A stretch of 63,200 nucleotides of DNA, the filler included, from Perkinsus chesapeaki ATCC PRA-425 (lineage: Eukaryota; Protista; Perkinsozoa), in assembly GCA_013115145.1 (NCBI GenBank). It is 6 parts of 6 records of this genome, joined end to end, with 100 filler letters (N's around TTAATTAATTAA, not from the genome) between each part and the next. Parts side by side here need not be neighbours in the genome. Positions count along the whole stretch, not along the records: positions 25,540 to 46,607 come from JAAPAO010000605.1; positions 46,708 to 53,048 come from JAAPAO010001092.1; 4 more parts are not named here. The stretch is one strand, 5' to 3'. A program made the position numbers and the translations under genes. The notes under the pieces are model-generated. The model was not told the DNA's origin. It was given only the letters and a program-made list of their open reading frames with translations, and made no database searches. Positions 39,156 to 53,148 of the stretch are shown piece after piece (position 1 is the first letter of the stretch; each line of letters begins with the position of its first letter).

Positions 39156-41126
39156 ATCCGAGATTCTGAGACTAGCCTGGCGTAACCGCTGATGAAGAAA
39201 ACTGACTACATGAACGACGATGGTTATTATACATTTCGTTCATGTAGAACCTTCTCACGCAGATTATTGTAGACTACGTTAAAGGCCGTTCATTTATTAT
39301 TAGGAATTGTAGTACAACTCGTCGCTGGTAGAGCCTGTGAATCCCAGTCTCATGTTGTAGATAGTCTGGTTCTTTCGCTGTCGTCCTCAGCAGTCGATTT
39401 CAAATCACCTTTTTACTCTTATGCTTGACCCAACTCGCTTAGCCAGGATCACTTCAAGTTATTCAGTTGATCTGTTCACTTTTGCGTTCATAAACACTAC
39501 TACACCTTTTCAATATCTAGTAACTAGATAGCTCAGCGACTTCGAGAGCTATTTATCGTATTCCCCGATTCGTCGGCTTCGATGCAAATGTTGACCATCA
39601 CAGTCCGACGCATGCCAAGATACCATTGCAAACGGTAACGATGAGAGGGTTTGGCCTTTGGAGAAGTCCTTTTCCCGGAATATAGGAATTTCATAACGAT
39701 GGATTATACTCTATGTTGGACATCCAGAAATAGTGAATCTCATGCCCACCAAACCTCAAGTTTGAAGTCTGTGAGCCGCATCAACTCTGTTTGTGCTATG
39801 GGGTACCGCAACCACAAACAATTTGTGATTATCACTATACTGGAGACTCAAAAGACAGGCAATCAGAAACGAGTACAACATGGGTCACCAAGTGCCACTA
39901 ACTGCTTCACCGTAGAAGTCTATTCCAGCGCAAGTGAGGACGCGAGTGCCGCTCGAGTTCACTCCAAACTGCATCAGTCTAAAGAAGCGGAAGCTCTCTT
40001 TTACCTCGTCTACGGGGAAGTAACTGAGGAAACGGCTGAATGGAAGCCGTGAACTTACCAGTGCTCAATATTAACGGAGTTTTTACCGAAAGTGAGCTCC
40101 CAACAGGCCTACCTGGTTTTGGAAGCACCACCCAGCAATGATTTGCAATCCGTCCGCTTATCGAGAACATCCCACTTAGCCGCATCAGCTGACCCAAACA
40201 AATACCAATTCATCAGCAGCTCGTCCGATGTGTCTGGGCTTCTAAGGCAGTACCTGACGAAGATCGAGGGATTGCCACACCAGAGTATTGCGTTATTACC
40301 CATGAAGTCTGAGCTCTCTGTTGGCGCCGAGGTCAATTTCAATCCAGGCATGGCCATCACCAGCGGAACAGAAGTATTTTCCCGGTTCAAAATGGCGGGT
40401 ATTGCTGCCGAAGAGGTGAGTTACGCTGCTTTTCTCAGCAGTACCTACCATCACTGGATATGTTATGGTAGCAACCACAGAAAGACGTGGCACCAAAGTG
40501 TACAGCGAAATAATGGGCGCGAATCTATCCAAAAAGATTGCAAACCGTTTATGTTGCTAGGCATTAGATGTTGCGTTCAGTCCTGTTTAGCATAACTAGC
40601 CTACCGCTTGCAGTGGCCGTTATGGAGTCAGGGTCCCGAGTGCTGAGCCATGCGAGAGCTCCATACGGGCTGAAATCCCTTGTATGAAGAAATGTGATTG
40701 GGGAACATTTGGTAGCTCGAATAAGCTTCCTATGGGCAGAGGCATGCATGAGACGTGCTTTCTTGCGAAATGGAGATGTAGAGGGCTTTCCAGGATGGTT
40801 CTGAGGAGAAACCGGCGACAGCATGATTGCGGCGAATGGTGACTACAACAGCGAAGGTCGAAACGCAATGAATGGAACTTGCGAGTCTAAACGCACGATG
40901 CTTAAAACTTAAATAAAATGCTCTATACTATCACATGCCGTTATAGAGAATATCATTTCTTTGAACAATATCTGCTATAGTTTATTATTATACTTAATAT
41001 CACAGATATCCCTTTTCTAAACGTTCTCTGAACCGAAAGTACCAAAGATGGCGGTCGCGTGGTGTGAAAGTTGCATTTCTCACCTCCAAACTGTCGATGG
41101 TCCGCTTGCAACCTACTTCGGTGAAG

Positions 41127-43644
41127 TCAATGCCTACCCCTATCTGAGTAGATGAAGATCACGGCATTATTGGAAGCAACACCGCATACATCACACTTTG
41201 TAGAAGTTGCAGGAGACTCAGACTGTCGAGCTATAAGTTGCCTCATGTGAGCAAGAATTCTCGATTGAGCTGGCTTCCACAGCGGCGACTCTACAGCTGA
41301 CAACAGCTGATCGAGGGTAAGCAATGACCATCCGACGCTGAAAAGAAATATTGTGTTAACGAAATTGATAAGCAAGATTCCCGGATAAGGGGAAGTCGGA
41401 AGCCGCGCTTATGTGGAGTAAAGATGCCCATGCGAGCATGGAATTGTCTACCATTTATATAGTTCCTCGAAATCTAGCATTTCATCTGCAACTGAATCAC
41501 ATCCTCCGGAGTTAAGTGCCTGAAATACACCTTTACACTACACGGGAATACCGAGCGTGTTTTTGGTGAGAAAGTCTCCGCAGGTACCACAGTGTGCTTC
41601 ACTTACTGAATTGATCACCTTTTCCACCGAAAGCATACGAACGAGAGCTCCTCCTTCCAAAGCGATTTCAACTGGGAAAGCCGAAGGTGCATCGCCTCCC
41701 AACTGCGCTGGGATACTTTCCTTGACTACAACATCGTGACCCTGATAAGTCTTGCATAACCACTTCAGCGCAGAGACACACCGTGTTATCTGTTCCTCTC
41801 CACTCTATTTCAGTCCACACTCTCATTCCATCTTCAGGAGCCGGCAGTGTTATGATGAACGAGTTATCGGTTTTGTTGAAAATCTTCTCGTAGCGCTCTA
41901 CAGGAACACCTTCTACTACTTCTGAACCGCTTGCAACACCCTCAAGAGATCGCACTGTAACCGTGAAATCTAAAAACAGAACCGTGCTGGTTTGACATTC
42001 GTCGGCAAAATATCTAGGGCTTGGCTGAGATACTCGACTGAACTAGTAGAGAGAGTCTACCTGTGGCTCCTGATAGAGCAGTAGGTGGCTCCAGTACTTC
42101 AATACTCATCATAAGATCCGGTCTTTCTTTCTGTTTCTGACGGAGGACGTTCGTACCTTTTTCAGACAAACTGGTTACGACAACCAGAGGCCAGCGAACA
42201 ACTCATTAGTGAAAGTGAAAGGACATAGCTGCCAAAGCCGAGCTTCTTCCAACGGACGAGATGATCAGGTATAGCAGTAGCAGAAACAGTTACATGTTTT
42301 GAGGATTATGGACTCGCCGTGGCGCGAGTGGCCTTTCCTGAGGTCATTTTCTAGTAATATCCGACTGGTCAATGAAGTTGGCAACTGAGTGAACTCCAAT
42401 AGTCTTGGTGGCATTGATCCGAAAAGGCATTCCTAAATGAAACCATCAGGAAGTATCCTCGACCATGCCGTTCTGCCAACCTCGAACTTGCGTTTCAAAA
42501 CTGCCTCAGCTTCCTCGCATAGTTCATGCGATTGAGCCGACGAATACTGAAATGGAAGTCTTTTTTGTACATGACAGGATAACAGCAACTTACGAAATTG
42601 GCACGCAAGAGGATCAGAGCGCAGTTACAAGCTTCCTCGTGACATAGCTTCTTTAAATATTGTGATAAAAGTGAGGACAGCCTGTCGATCTCGAGCACTT
42701 GGCTTAGGCCGAATAAACCTGAAGGGGGAATTATTATTTTCCGGAAATAGGGACCGTTCGCAATGACTAATACCAATAACTATTATTGAATAACAACACA
42801 CGTCTAATACCGCAATGCATGACACTATGTAATCATAATCGAGAGGGCTGAATCACGGGAATGTGATAGCCATAAGAGGCGCACTACTCGGTCTACGTAG
42901 CTGCACTCCATCAAATCGGGAATGAACGGAGATTGGCAGTTTTGCAAAATTCCATCCGCGCAGCGCTCCCCGACAGAAAATTCTCTCGTAATCAGCCTAC
43001 ACATTAAAGCTTCGCAGCGCTTTCGCTCTCCTCGTGCCAAAGATAAGGAATCATCAGCAATCAGAGTGTCCCAGTCTTGATGAGAGTACCTATTACCGAA
43101 ATGAGATTGCACTGGACAAACGTATGATACACGAAGGAAAGAACTATTTGCATGCACTTGAGCACATCTTCTTCTTTCACGTGAGGATCCGGTAGACTTG
43201 GTACCTGTAAATCACGCCAGGATCAGTAAAGAACACCCGACGCTTCAACATGAATGGCAAGGTTTCGGCAAGATACTTACAGTTATGAGAATTTCTTGGG
43301 GATTTTTGGCCTTGTAAACCTGGGACCAGCAGAATCTGCTACACGGGCATATTACCTAGAGAAGCACACCAGTGACACGACTCGAAATTGCCAATCTCTA
43401 CAGATTTGTGCAAGTCAAATGCATCAGTGAATCTATCATCGCCAAGTGACAACCTGAGCTTGCAGTCGGAGAGCCAACCTGTCTTCAGTAGACTCATAGT
43501 GTTCGGACTTGCTGGATAGTCGGCAGCAGAACCGTCTGAATCGATGAACCAAATTCGCAGTTCTGGAACAGCACAAGTTTTACCCGATGCAATAGAGACC
43601 TGAGAAAGCATCGTCTTCATGTTTCCGACTTTTGCAGCTGTCAT
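41127..43644 (-). CDS. Hypothetical multi-exon or decayed gene
   Basis: Series of 80-110 aa open minus-strand segments; no recognised domain. Confidence 0.25.
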
Positions 43645-43974
43645 TTAACGGACACAAATGATCAAACGACACTCACTTGCCAGATTGATTTATAGATGCA
43701 CTCAACAAAAACCTATAATCGAGAAATAAATTGAGTGAATATCTAATTATCGATTAGGGTTCAAATAAAGTGTAGCGTCAACCCGTAATCGAAACCGTAG
43801 CTTAGTACACACCTGTGGTTATTAGCAGGTGGTAACTGGTAAGGTAGTACACTTTGGTAGATGGAGAAAGGTTAGATTAAAATGTGCCACCCTTTTTCAG
43901 AGTGACTTCAACCATGCTTATTGAGAATAACATTATTACTAAGTCTACGGATCTTTAAAAAAAAGGCAAGTTGA

Positions 43975-46607
43975 TCAATCGCAATCACAGAGTGCCAGCG
44001 GATGGAGTTCACGACCAGCCATTCTTCTATGCCCAGTGCCGTAGCACGCACTCGGAGAGTTCCAGTACATACAGTACGAGCCGGGAATGAGGGAGTCACA
44101 GTAAGCGTCACCAGAACCACATCCATTAGGGTTCGCTGTAGAAGTGTCAGCATCGGGATTTGAAGTAGTAACGGTAGTGGTAGTCGTAGTAATCTTAGTC
44201 GACGTAGTCGTTACCGGCTCGGGATCCTCCGTTGAATCGGCAGTAGTTGACGATTCATCGCACGAGCACGTCACGAGTGGATGAAGTGATCGCCCGTTGG
44301 CCAAGAGCCTATGACCAGTACCAGAACATGCAGGCGGAGACTGCCAGTACATACAGTACGATCCCTCGAACATAGAGTCACAGTAAGAGTCGCCTATCGG
44401 GCACGCGGAAGCACCACTCGATGAAGAGATAGTGACCGTGGTCGGAGCACTAGTAGTTGTTGTCACTGCGCTTGTAGCGATTGGGCTCGAAGAGACACCA
44501 GTCGTAGTCGCAGACTTTGTGGTACTACCGCTGGTCGCTCTCGTTGTAGAACTCGTTGTAGTTGTGTGAGCCTCGGAACTTGTAGTAGAGGCAGTGGTAG
44601 TAGCCTCAGGCGAAGAAGTTGCCGAGTCGGCAGTCGACGAGGATCCACTGCATGAACAGGTCACGAGCGGATGGAGCGATCGACCGTCTGCCAAGAGCCT
44701 ATGACCAGTACCAGAGCACGCTGGCGGCGACTGCCAATACATACAGTAGGATCCCTCGAACATGGAGTTACAATAGGAGTCACCTATGGGACATTCGGAA
44801 ATTGCACTCGATGAAGAAGTAGATGTAGTGGTGATGCTTGTAGTTGTCGAGGTCGAAGGAGCTATGGTCGTCGTCATAACAGTTTCAGTGCTTGGAGTTG
44901 TCGTACTGCTAACAGTTACGGTACTCCCAAAGGTTGTTTCAGTGCTCGTACTACTAACAGTGCTCGTAGTAGTCGTGCTTATGGTAGGCCTGGTACTAGA
45001 GGTGGATGAACTGAAGCCAGTAGATGTAATAGTAGTGGAAGAGCTCGACGGGGCACCCGTGGGGGCCGTAGTGCTTGGCAAACCTCCATTGCAGTCGCAT
45101 GGGACGTTGGTTCCATGGCAGGTGCTTGGAAGCTTCCAATACATACAATACGAGTGAGGCTCGATAGTCTCACAGAATGCATCGGCTTCACGACAATCAC
45201 TACCTGTAGAGCTGGATGGAGCATTCGAGGTATTTGCCGTGGTCGTAGAACTAGTTGTCACCGTACTACTCCTCGTGGTCGAGCTACCGGTAGTCGTCGT
45301 GGTAACTGTAGTATCTCTGGTTGTGGAGCTCGAGGAGGCAGTAGTAGTAGTTGCCGTAGTCGTACCTCTAGTCGTAGGGCTCGAGGGGACGGTAGTAGAG
45401 ACCGTAGTACCTCCAGTTGTAGAGATTGAAGTAGCCGTGGTGGCAACCGTGGTGATTGGAGGAGTCGTATGGCAATCACACGCGACGTCGGTTCCATGGC
45501 AGGTACTTGGGATTTTCCAGTACATACAATAGGAGTGAGGCTCGACAGACTCGCAGAACCTGTCAGCCTCCCGACAGTCGCCACCTGTGGCCGTAGTGCT
45601 GGAAGCAGAACCAGAGGTATGTGCAGCTGTCGTAGCACTTGTTGCAAGTGTAGTGGTAGTCGTGATAGAGCTAGCAGTAGCACTTGTAGTGGCCGTAGTA
45701 CCCCTTGTTGTAAAACTCGAAGAGACAGTGGCGGTCCGCGTAGTACCTCCAGTCGTAGTACTCGAAGAGGCAGTAGCGGTTTGCGTAGTGTCTTCAGTCG
45801 TAGAGCTCGAAGAGGCAGTAGTGCTAACGACAGTGCTGGGAGGAATCATATGGCAATCACATGCCACTTTAGTTCCATGACAAGTACTTGGGATCTTCCA
45901 ATACATGCAATAAGAATGAGGCTCGATACTTTCGCAGAAAGCATCGGCTTGATCGCAGTCACCGCTTGTTACCGTAGTACTGGGAGAAGAAATGGAGGTA
46001 TACGTAGTTGTTGTAACGCCAGTTGTCACCGTGCTACTCGTAGTAGCAGAACTCGAGGAAACAGTAGCAGTGGACGTGCTAGTAGTTGGCGAAACCGAGG
46101 AAGCAATAGATGTCATCACAGTTCCAGATGTGGAAGAGCCCGAAGCTGAAGTAGTAGTAGGCATAGTGGTGCTAGACTGAGATGTCAGAGGTTCGCTAGT
46201 TGCAGTCGTGGTGGTTCCAGTTGAAGAGCTCGAAGAAACACTCGTGGTAGTCGCCGTGCTCGAAGAGGCCATGTTGCAGTCACATGCGACGTTAGTTCCA
46301 TGACACGTACTCGGAATCTTCCAGTACATACAATAGGAATGAGGTGCGATCGACTCGCAGAATGCATTAGCTTCGCGGCAAGTATTCGTGCTACTGGCAG
46401 TAGTTGAACTTGTAGTAGTTGTGCTGCTGGCAATAGTTGAACTTGTAGTAGTCGTGCTGCTGGCAGTAGTTGAACTTGTAGTAGTCGTGCTACTGGCAGT
46501 AGTTGAACTTGTAGTAGTCGTGCTACTGGCAGTCGTTGAACTTGTAGTAGTCGTGCTACTGGCAGTCGTTGAACTTGTAGTAGTCGTGCTACTGGCAGTC
46601 GTTGAAC
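43975..46607 (-). CDS. Ser/Thr-rich mucin-like protein with 7 Cys-rich modules; 5' end lost in the gap
   Basis: Uninterrupted frame of more than 2.6 kb. Modules C-x6-C-x7-SYCMYW-x2-P-x2-C-x-GT...C-x-C are separated by S/T linkers. Confidence 0.9.
46388..46607 (-). repeat. 33-nt coding tandem repeat (11-aa Ser/Thr unit), about 6.7 copies
   Basis: GTGCTACTGGCAGTAGTTGAACTTGTAGTAGTC-type units run into the N gap. Confidence 0.95.
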
Positions 46608-46707
46608 NNNNNNNNNNNNNNNNNNNNNNNNNNNNNNNNNNNNNNNNNNNNTTAATTAATTAANNNNNNNNNNNNNNNNNNNNNNNNNNNNNNNNNNNNN
46701 NNNNNNN
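46608..46707. other. Assembly linker
   Basis: N-TTAATTAATTAA-N. Confidence 0.98.
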
Positions 46708-46924
46708 TAAAGTTGAAACTATCACGGTTGGTATAAACAGTAAGCGGATGTGAGATCTATATCCGAATGGCATCGTGTACGCCATGTACACTGCCGGAGG
46801 CCACACACCCATACTGCCTAGCAGGGGATGCTGTGCCTCCAGATAAATAATATAAAATAAATATAATTAATAATATTAACAATATATATAATTAATATTA
46901 CATATTCAAATCATCACCGCTTAA

Positions 46925-49900
46925 CCTTTTCCATCTTTGTATATTCTCTGGATTCTCTAATTCATCATTTAATGCCTGAAAACAACAACGAAAACAAGTC
47001 GATATAATAATAATAATAATAAAGTATTACTCTAGCTTTAATCCTTTCTGATATCAAACTCTGTTGTATATCATATACTTCTCTTTTAATATTTTCATCT
47101 ATCATAATAATAAGGGTAATAATAATAATTATCAAGTGATCGTAGTAGTAAGCGTAGTTATTATTATCTTACTACTATTTAAATGCTAGTATTAATACTA
47201 TTTAAATGCTAGTATTAATACTATTTAAATGCTAGTATTAATACTATTTAAATGCTAGTATTACTACNNNNNNNNNNNNNNNNNNNNNNNNNNNNNNNNN
47301 NNNNNNNNNNNNNNNNNNNNNNNNNNNNNNNNNNNNNNNNNNNNNNNNNNNNNNNNNNNNNNACTACAATTTAAATGCTAGTATTACTACAATTTAAATG
47401 CTAGTATTACTACAATTTAAATGCTAGTATTACTACAATTTAAATGCTAGTATTACTACTATTTATTATTACATTGTTTATTCTTATTTCTAATATTCAT
47501 TATATCGCGTTTTATATTCTTTAAAGATAATCCTATTAAACGATCTGAAATAAGGAGGATATGAATAATAATAATAATTATTATTATTAATATTGCTATT
47601 ATTAATATTATTACATTTATCTTTACATTTATTGAATTCTATATTACCCTTTTCTATGGTATCATTTTCAACTCTATACTTCTCATACCTAATAACAGCA
47701 ATATTAATAATATTATTATTATCAATAATCTATTATTACAATAATGCTAATTCATCATTCTTTCTAACAATTTGTGATCCCATTATATCTCTTTCACTGA
47801 TTAATGTTTTGTAATTCCTCAGTAGAACATTTCTCATATTATTTATTTTATTAATATTTCCTGTTATTATTATTACAGTCGTTCCATCAATCACAAGTCA
47901 ACAACAACAACAACAACAACATTAATAATAATAATACCTTCCAATTCCTTAACTTTAGCTTTGCCACTTTCAACTTCGTTTTCCGATATTTTATGCCTCT
48001 TCCGTATTTTACTCAATTCTTCTTTCATACTAATAAATTATTATTAATAATAATATTAATAATAATAAGTATTAACTCATTAGTATATTTTGATAATATA
48101 TTATATTCATAATATTCTTGAGCAATAACATCATCCTTAGCTTTAATATCACCTTCTAGTTCCATAACTTCATCATTTCTAATAATTCCACCGTCAATTA
48201 ATAAATGTCAATCAATTATTATTAATACTAAGAATCAATATTAATTATTACATTATCTTCAGTTTATCCTTTAATTCAGATATCTCATCTTCTGAATCTT
48301 TTATTATTTTACAATATTCATTTCTATAATAATAACAATAATAATAAATGTGATAATAAATGATATAATCAATATCAATATCAATAATATACCTTTTGCC
48401 TCTCATATCATCATACATATTTTTCAATAAATCAAGTTTAATATTTTCATCAATAATTATTTTATTACATTCTATAATCTTATTATACCTGATGATGATG
48501 TTAAGGTAATGATTAATTATGATTACTTATAATAATAATCATGTATTATCCATTTTATTATTACTTATACTTTTCTTCTTCTTTACTCTTTATGTATTTA
48601 CCATTTATCCGTGATAAATCCATACCGAACTTCCCTGTAACAACCAGCANNNNNNNNNNNNNNNNNNNNNNNNNNNNNNNNNNNNNNNNNNNNNNNNNNN
48701 NNNNNNNNNNNNNNNNNNNNNNNNNNNNNNNNNNNNNNNNNNNNNATTAGCAGTAGCAGTAGCAGTAGCAGTAGCAGTAGCAGTAGCAGTAGCAGTAGCA
48801 GTAGCAGTAGCAGTAGCAGTAGCAGTAGTAGCAGGTGAGATATAATTAATATTACCTTTTTGTTTTATTAATGTTTCTATTTTATTGTTATTATCATTAA
48901 CATAATATTTAATATTATTTATCTCTAATTGAAGTCCTTCTTTAATATTCTCAATACGTTTTATATCATCTAATTCTTTTTCTCCTTTATTGTATATTCT
49001 TATTAATAATCTATTTAATGTGTTTCTATCAAGAATCAATTCTTCAACCTGCTAAATACAAACACGATGACGACGATTAATATTATATATTCACTATCAT
49101 TATCACTATTATTGTTATTATTACTTTTAATATATCATTATTATTACTAAACTTATGAACATTCTTCATATTATTCCATAAATTATTTATATCTAACTTA
49201 CACCTAATAATAATAATAATATGATGATGATGAGCGAGTAGTTATAATATTAATAATAATGAATGCCCACAACTATTATCTGTTATTATTACATTTCTTT
49301 TTCTTTAATTAATTCTTTATTATTATTAAATATTTTATTAATATCAACCTTGATTGCAGATATATCTATATCAATCTTATTCTAGAATAACAACAACAAC
49401 AATAATAATAACCAACAATAAGATTATTATTAATATCAATAATATCTTACTTTTACATGATTATTCAAAATAATATTATGTTTAATATTATCAATATCTT
49501 TACATATTAATTTATATTTATCTTCATATTCATTTCTAATATTAATATCCTAACAATTTCAATAACAACACCAAAAGCAATAACAATACTAATAATAATA
49601 AAATCATATATTATTCTTTCTACCTCATTTAATACATTTTTTAATAATTCTAATTCATCATTGTTCTCATCATTAGTCGCTATCATCTTCTCATAGATTC
49701 TAATCTCTTCTTTAACTTCTTGCGCAACCCTGATAATAAAAATAATAATATGAATTATTATATACTTATAATTTATCTTACTTATCTCTATTATTTAATA
49801 CATTATTTAAATTATTATCTCTCTTATTTAATTCATCTTCTTTTAATAATACTTTATTATTCATCTTTATCATATCCCTCTGTATCCTTTATATAACAAC

Positions 49901-51164
49901 AACAACAACTATATCTAACTATATCTTAATAATACCTATCATATCTTCTATTCTCTTTTCCTAACTCTAATTTTTTATCCTGTATAATATTACGTATCAT
50001 CATTATCTATTAATAATAACAATGATAATAAATGTTAATATCAGCATCATCGTTAATATATTATCGATAATAATCTATTATTACTACTTCTCTTTTATTA
50101 ATATTTCTCATCATTATCAACTTATCGAGATAATCTTTATTATTATTATTGTTAGTAATCACTTCATCATTCTATCATTAATGGTTTATCATCATATTTT
50201 ATTATAATATTATTATTACTTTAATATTTAATTCTTTTATATTATCTTCTAATTTATTATTATTATCCTCCAACATTTTAACTCTATCATAACCTTTTGA
50301 TGTAATATTATCACCCTAACAATAATAACTACTACTACATAATAATAATAACAACAACAACAACTATTAATACATCTTTAATTAATAATGATAAAGTATT
50401 AATATCATTTTTTAAACCATTAATTATATAATTTAATTTATCTTCTTTATTCTTTCTTATGTCAACTGTATTCCATCCTTTTTCTATCTCATCCTTTAAT
50501 TCATTTATTATCTTATTGTCCTCATTACTAAATTAATAATATCATCATTATACAACAACAATCTCTCTATTATATTATTATTACTACCATAATTTCATAC
50601 TACTTTGCACTTGTAATATATTATTATTATTTATCTCTCTCTTTAATTCTTTATATTTATTATATAATCTATTCTCTGACTCATTACTTCTTCTCAATGC
50701 TCTATATAATTTAATATATTCATTTTTTAAGTGTTTTAATGATGTATCCTTCAATAATATCTAAATATCAAAATCTAATAATAACAAATGAAAAACTACA
50801 ATAATAATATTACTACCTGTATTAGATTATTAAAATCATATTCTAAATTATTAAATATATTAATACTATTCTTAATAGTATTATAAACAACGATATCGTC
50901 CTTTTCCTTTCCTTCATTATTATCCTCCTTTATTATTTTATCATTATTATCCTCCTTTATTATATTATCATTATTATCCTCCTTCATTATATTATCATTA
51001 TTATCCTCCTTCATTATATTATCATTATTATCCTCCTTTATTATATTATCATTATTATCCTCCTTCATTATATTATCATTATTATCCTCCTTTATTATAT
51101 TATCATTATTATCCTCCTTTATTATATTATCATTATTATCCTCCTTTATTGTGACCGAATTCAT
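46925..51164 (-). CDS. CFAP58: CFAP58/CCDC147-like flagellar coiled-coil protein, many tiny AT-rich introns, 3' end incomplete
   Basis: LLKDTSLKHLKNEYIKLYRALRRSNESENRL, NELKDEIEKGW and ELENPENIQRWKK fit CFAP58 motifs. Confidence 0.7.
47173..47460. repeat. 23-nt minisatellite (intronic) spanning a scaffold gap
   Basis: TACTATTTAAATGCTAGTATTAA / ACTACAATTTAAATGCTAGTATT units. Confidence 0.9.
48748..48834. repeat. (TAGCAG)n microsatellite, about 14 copies beside a gap
   Basis: Read directly. Confidence 0.95.
50914..51150 (-). repeat. 27-nt repeat encoding DNIIKEDNN, about 9 copies, at the CFAP58 N-terminus
   Basis: In frame with the ATG at 51164. Confidence 0.85.
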
Positions 51165-51230
51165 ATTAAATGAAAATAGTTAAAGCTAGATGATATGTAT
51201 TATTATTAATAATAAATAACATTATAATAA

Positions 51231-52755
51231 TTAATTATTATTATTATTATATATATTTATAAATAAATAGTGTAAAGCGTTTTCAATACCTTCCCCTGTA
51301 TATGCACTTGTTTCATAATATAACATATTATGTGACTTAGCATAATCTTTACCTACTACTATTGATAATAATACTACTATTATTATTATTACTACAACCA
51401 ATTATAGTACCTTGTTCAGTTGTTATTATCCTACTATTATATAAATCTATTTTATTAGCAATTAATAACATTATTGTATTCCTCTTTATTCCTCCTTTTA
51501 TTAATATATTATTATGATACTCATTAATCCAACCATCTAATGCTCTATATGATGATATTGATGTGACATCATATATTAATAATATACCCTATTAATACCA
51601 ATAATCATATTATTAATAACACTATTACCTGTATATTATCATAAAAATGTATTCTAATATCTTTAAATTCATCATGCCCTGCCATATCAAATAAATTTAT
51701 TTTAATATTATCTTTATTATTATAATTAATATATTTTACACCATAATCTATACCAATAGTGCTAATATACCTTTTAATAAATCTATTTTCACAATATCTT
51801 TTAATTATACAACTTTTACCAACTCCTTCACATCCCATTGTAATAACCTATTAACAAGAACAATACAATAATATAATACTAATAATTTAATTATTAATAC
51901 TGAGATAATAATTATGTAATTGTTAATAATAATCATATTATTACTACTTTATAACGTTTTAAATATTCTACAATATTGTCATTAATAAATGTTATATTAT
52001 GATCAACTTTATTATATAATATTCTATTTATTAAATCATACCGTTCGATACAATCATCATATTTTATATTCATATTATTTAATATATTTTTTAATTCTTT
52101 TATACTCATATTGTAAATATCATCATTTCCTTTATTTATATGTTCTCCTTTATTTCCTTTATTTATATATTCTCCTTTATTTCCTTTATTTATATATTCT
52201 CCTTTATTTCCTTTATTTATATATTCTCCTTTATTTCCTTTATNNNNNNNNNNNNNNNNNNNNNNNNNNNNNNNNNNNNNNNNNNNNNNNNNNNNNNNNN
52301 NNNNNNNNNNNNNNNNNNNNNNNNNNNNNNNNNNNNNNNNNATTGATATATTCTCCTTTATTTCCTTTATTTATATATTCTCCTTTATTTCCTTTATTCA
52401 TATATTCTCCTTTATTTCCTTTATTTATATATTCTTCTTTATTCACTATTATACCATCATTAATATTATTTTTATCATATCTAATTAATATTATATTAAT
52501 ATTCATTACTATTATTATTACATATAACGTTTATTATTATCAGATAATATTTCAAATGCATTTTTAATTAATATAAACATTTTATTATTTCCTCCTTTAT
52601 CTGGATGATGTACTAATGCCAATCTTTTATACCTAATAATAATATTATATATATCTTTATTATTATTACGCTTTTTTAATATCATCTAATGTTGCATTAC
52701 GACTAATATTTAATAAATTATAATAGCTTCCATTGCTGCCATAGTAGTCACTCAT
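51231..52755 (-). CDS. N-terminal J-domain plus RJL-family small GTPase
   Basis: YYNLLNISRNATLDDIKKA / YKRLALVHHPDKGG (HPD motif), then SIKELKNIL..CIERYDL, then GCEGVGKSCIIKRYCENRFIKRYISTIGIDYGVK, DMAG, NKID and ETSA; stop at 51231. Confidence 0.85.
52131..52445. repeat. 27-nt tandem repeat spanning a gap inside the J-RJL gene
   Basis: TTTATTTATATATTCTCCTTTATTTCC units. Confidence 0.9.
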
Positions 52756-53048
52756 ATCAACATTACAACAATAATTATCGCCAGCAACTACTACTACTGC
52801 TGATATTATTAAATATTATTACAATAGTCCTAGGTATTAAATTTCTACTAAATAGGTAAGTGTTAATTACTAAATATCACACATATACTAATAATACTAA
52901 GACATTAACCACCTACTATGTCATAATAAGGAACAGGGTTGGATAATATTAAAATGTAACAACGCCTACCACCATGGCGGGGGGTCCCGACGGAGGCACT
53001 TTCCGGTCCCGGTGGAGGCAGTCGGTAAAAAGTGCGCATTATTGAGTA

Positions 53049-53148
53049 NNNNNNNNNNNNNNNNNNNNNNNNNNNNNNNNNNNNNNNNNNNNTTAATTAA
53101 TTAANNNNNNNNNNNNNNNNNNNNNNNNNNNNNNNNNNNNNNNNNNNN
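53049..53148. other. Assembly linker
   Basis: N-TTAATTAATTAA-N. Confidence 0.98.

Noticed and set aside
44619-46663. Many + strand Val-rich ORFs and alternative-frame ORFs
   Set aside because: Antisense or frame shadows of the Ser/Thr repeat protein.
46388-52445. CRISPR-like arrays
   Set aside because: The repeats are head-to-tail without unique spacers, in a eukaryotic context with no cas genes.
46708-53048. Ciliate-type genetic code or obvious contaminant
   Set aside because: The exons I checked translate without in-frame TAA/TAG, and similar AT-rich coding (TBCE) adjoins normal sequence on another contig. Contamination is not fully excluded.
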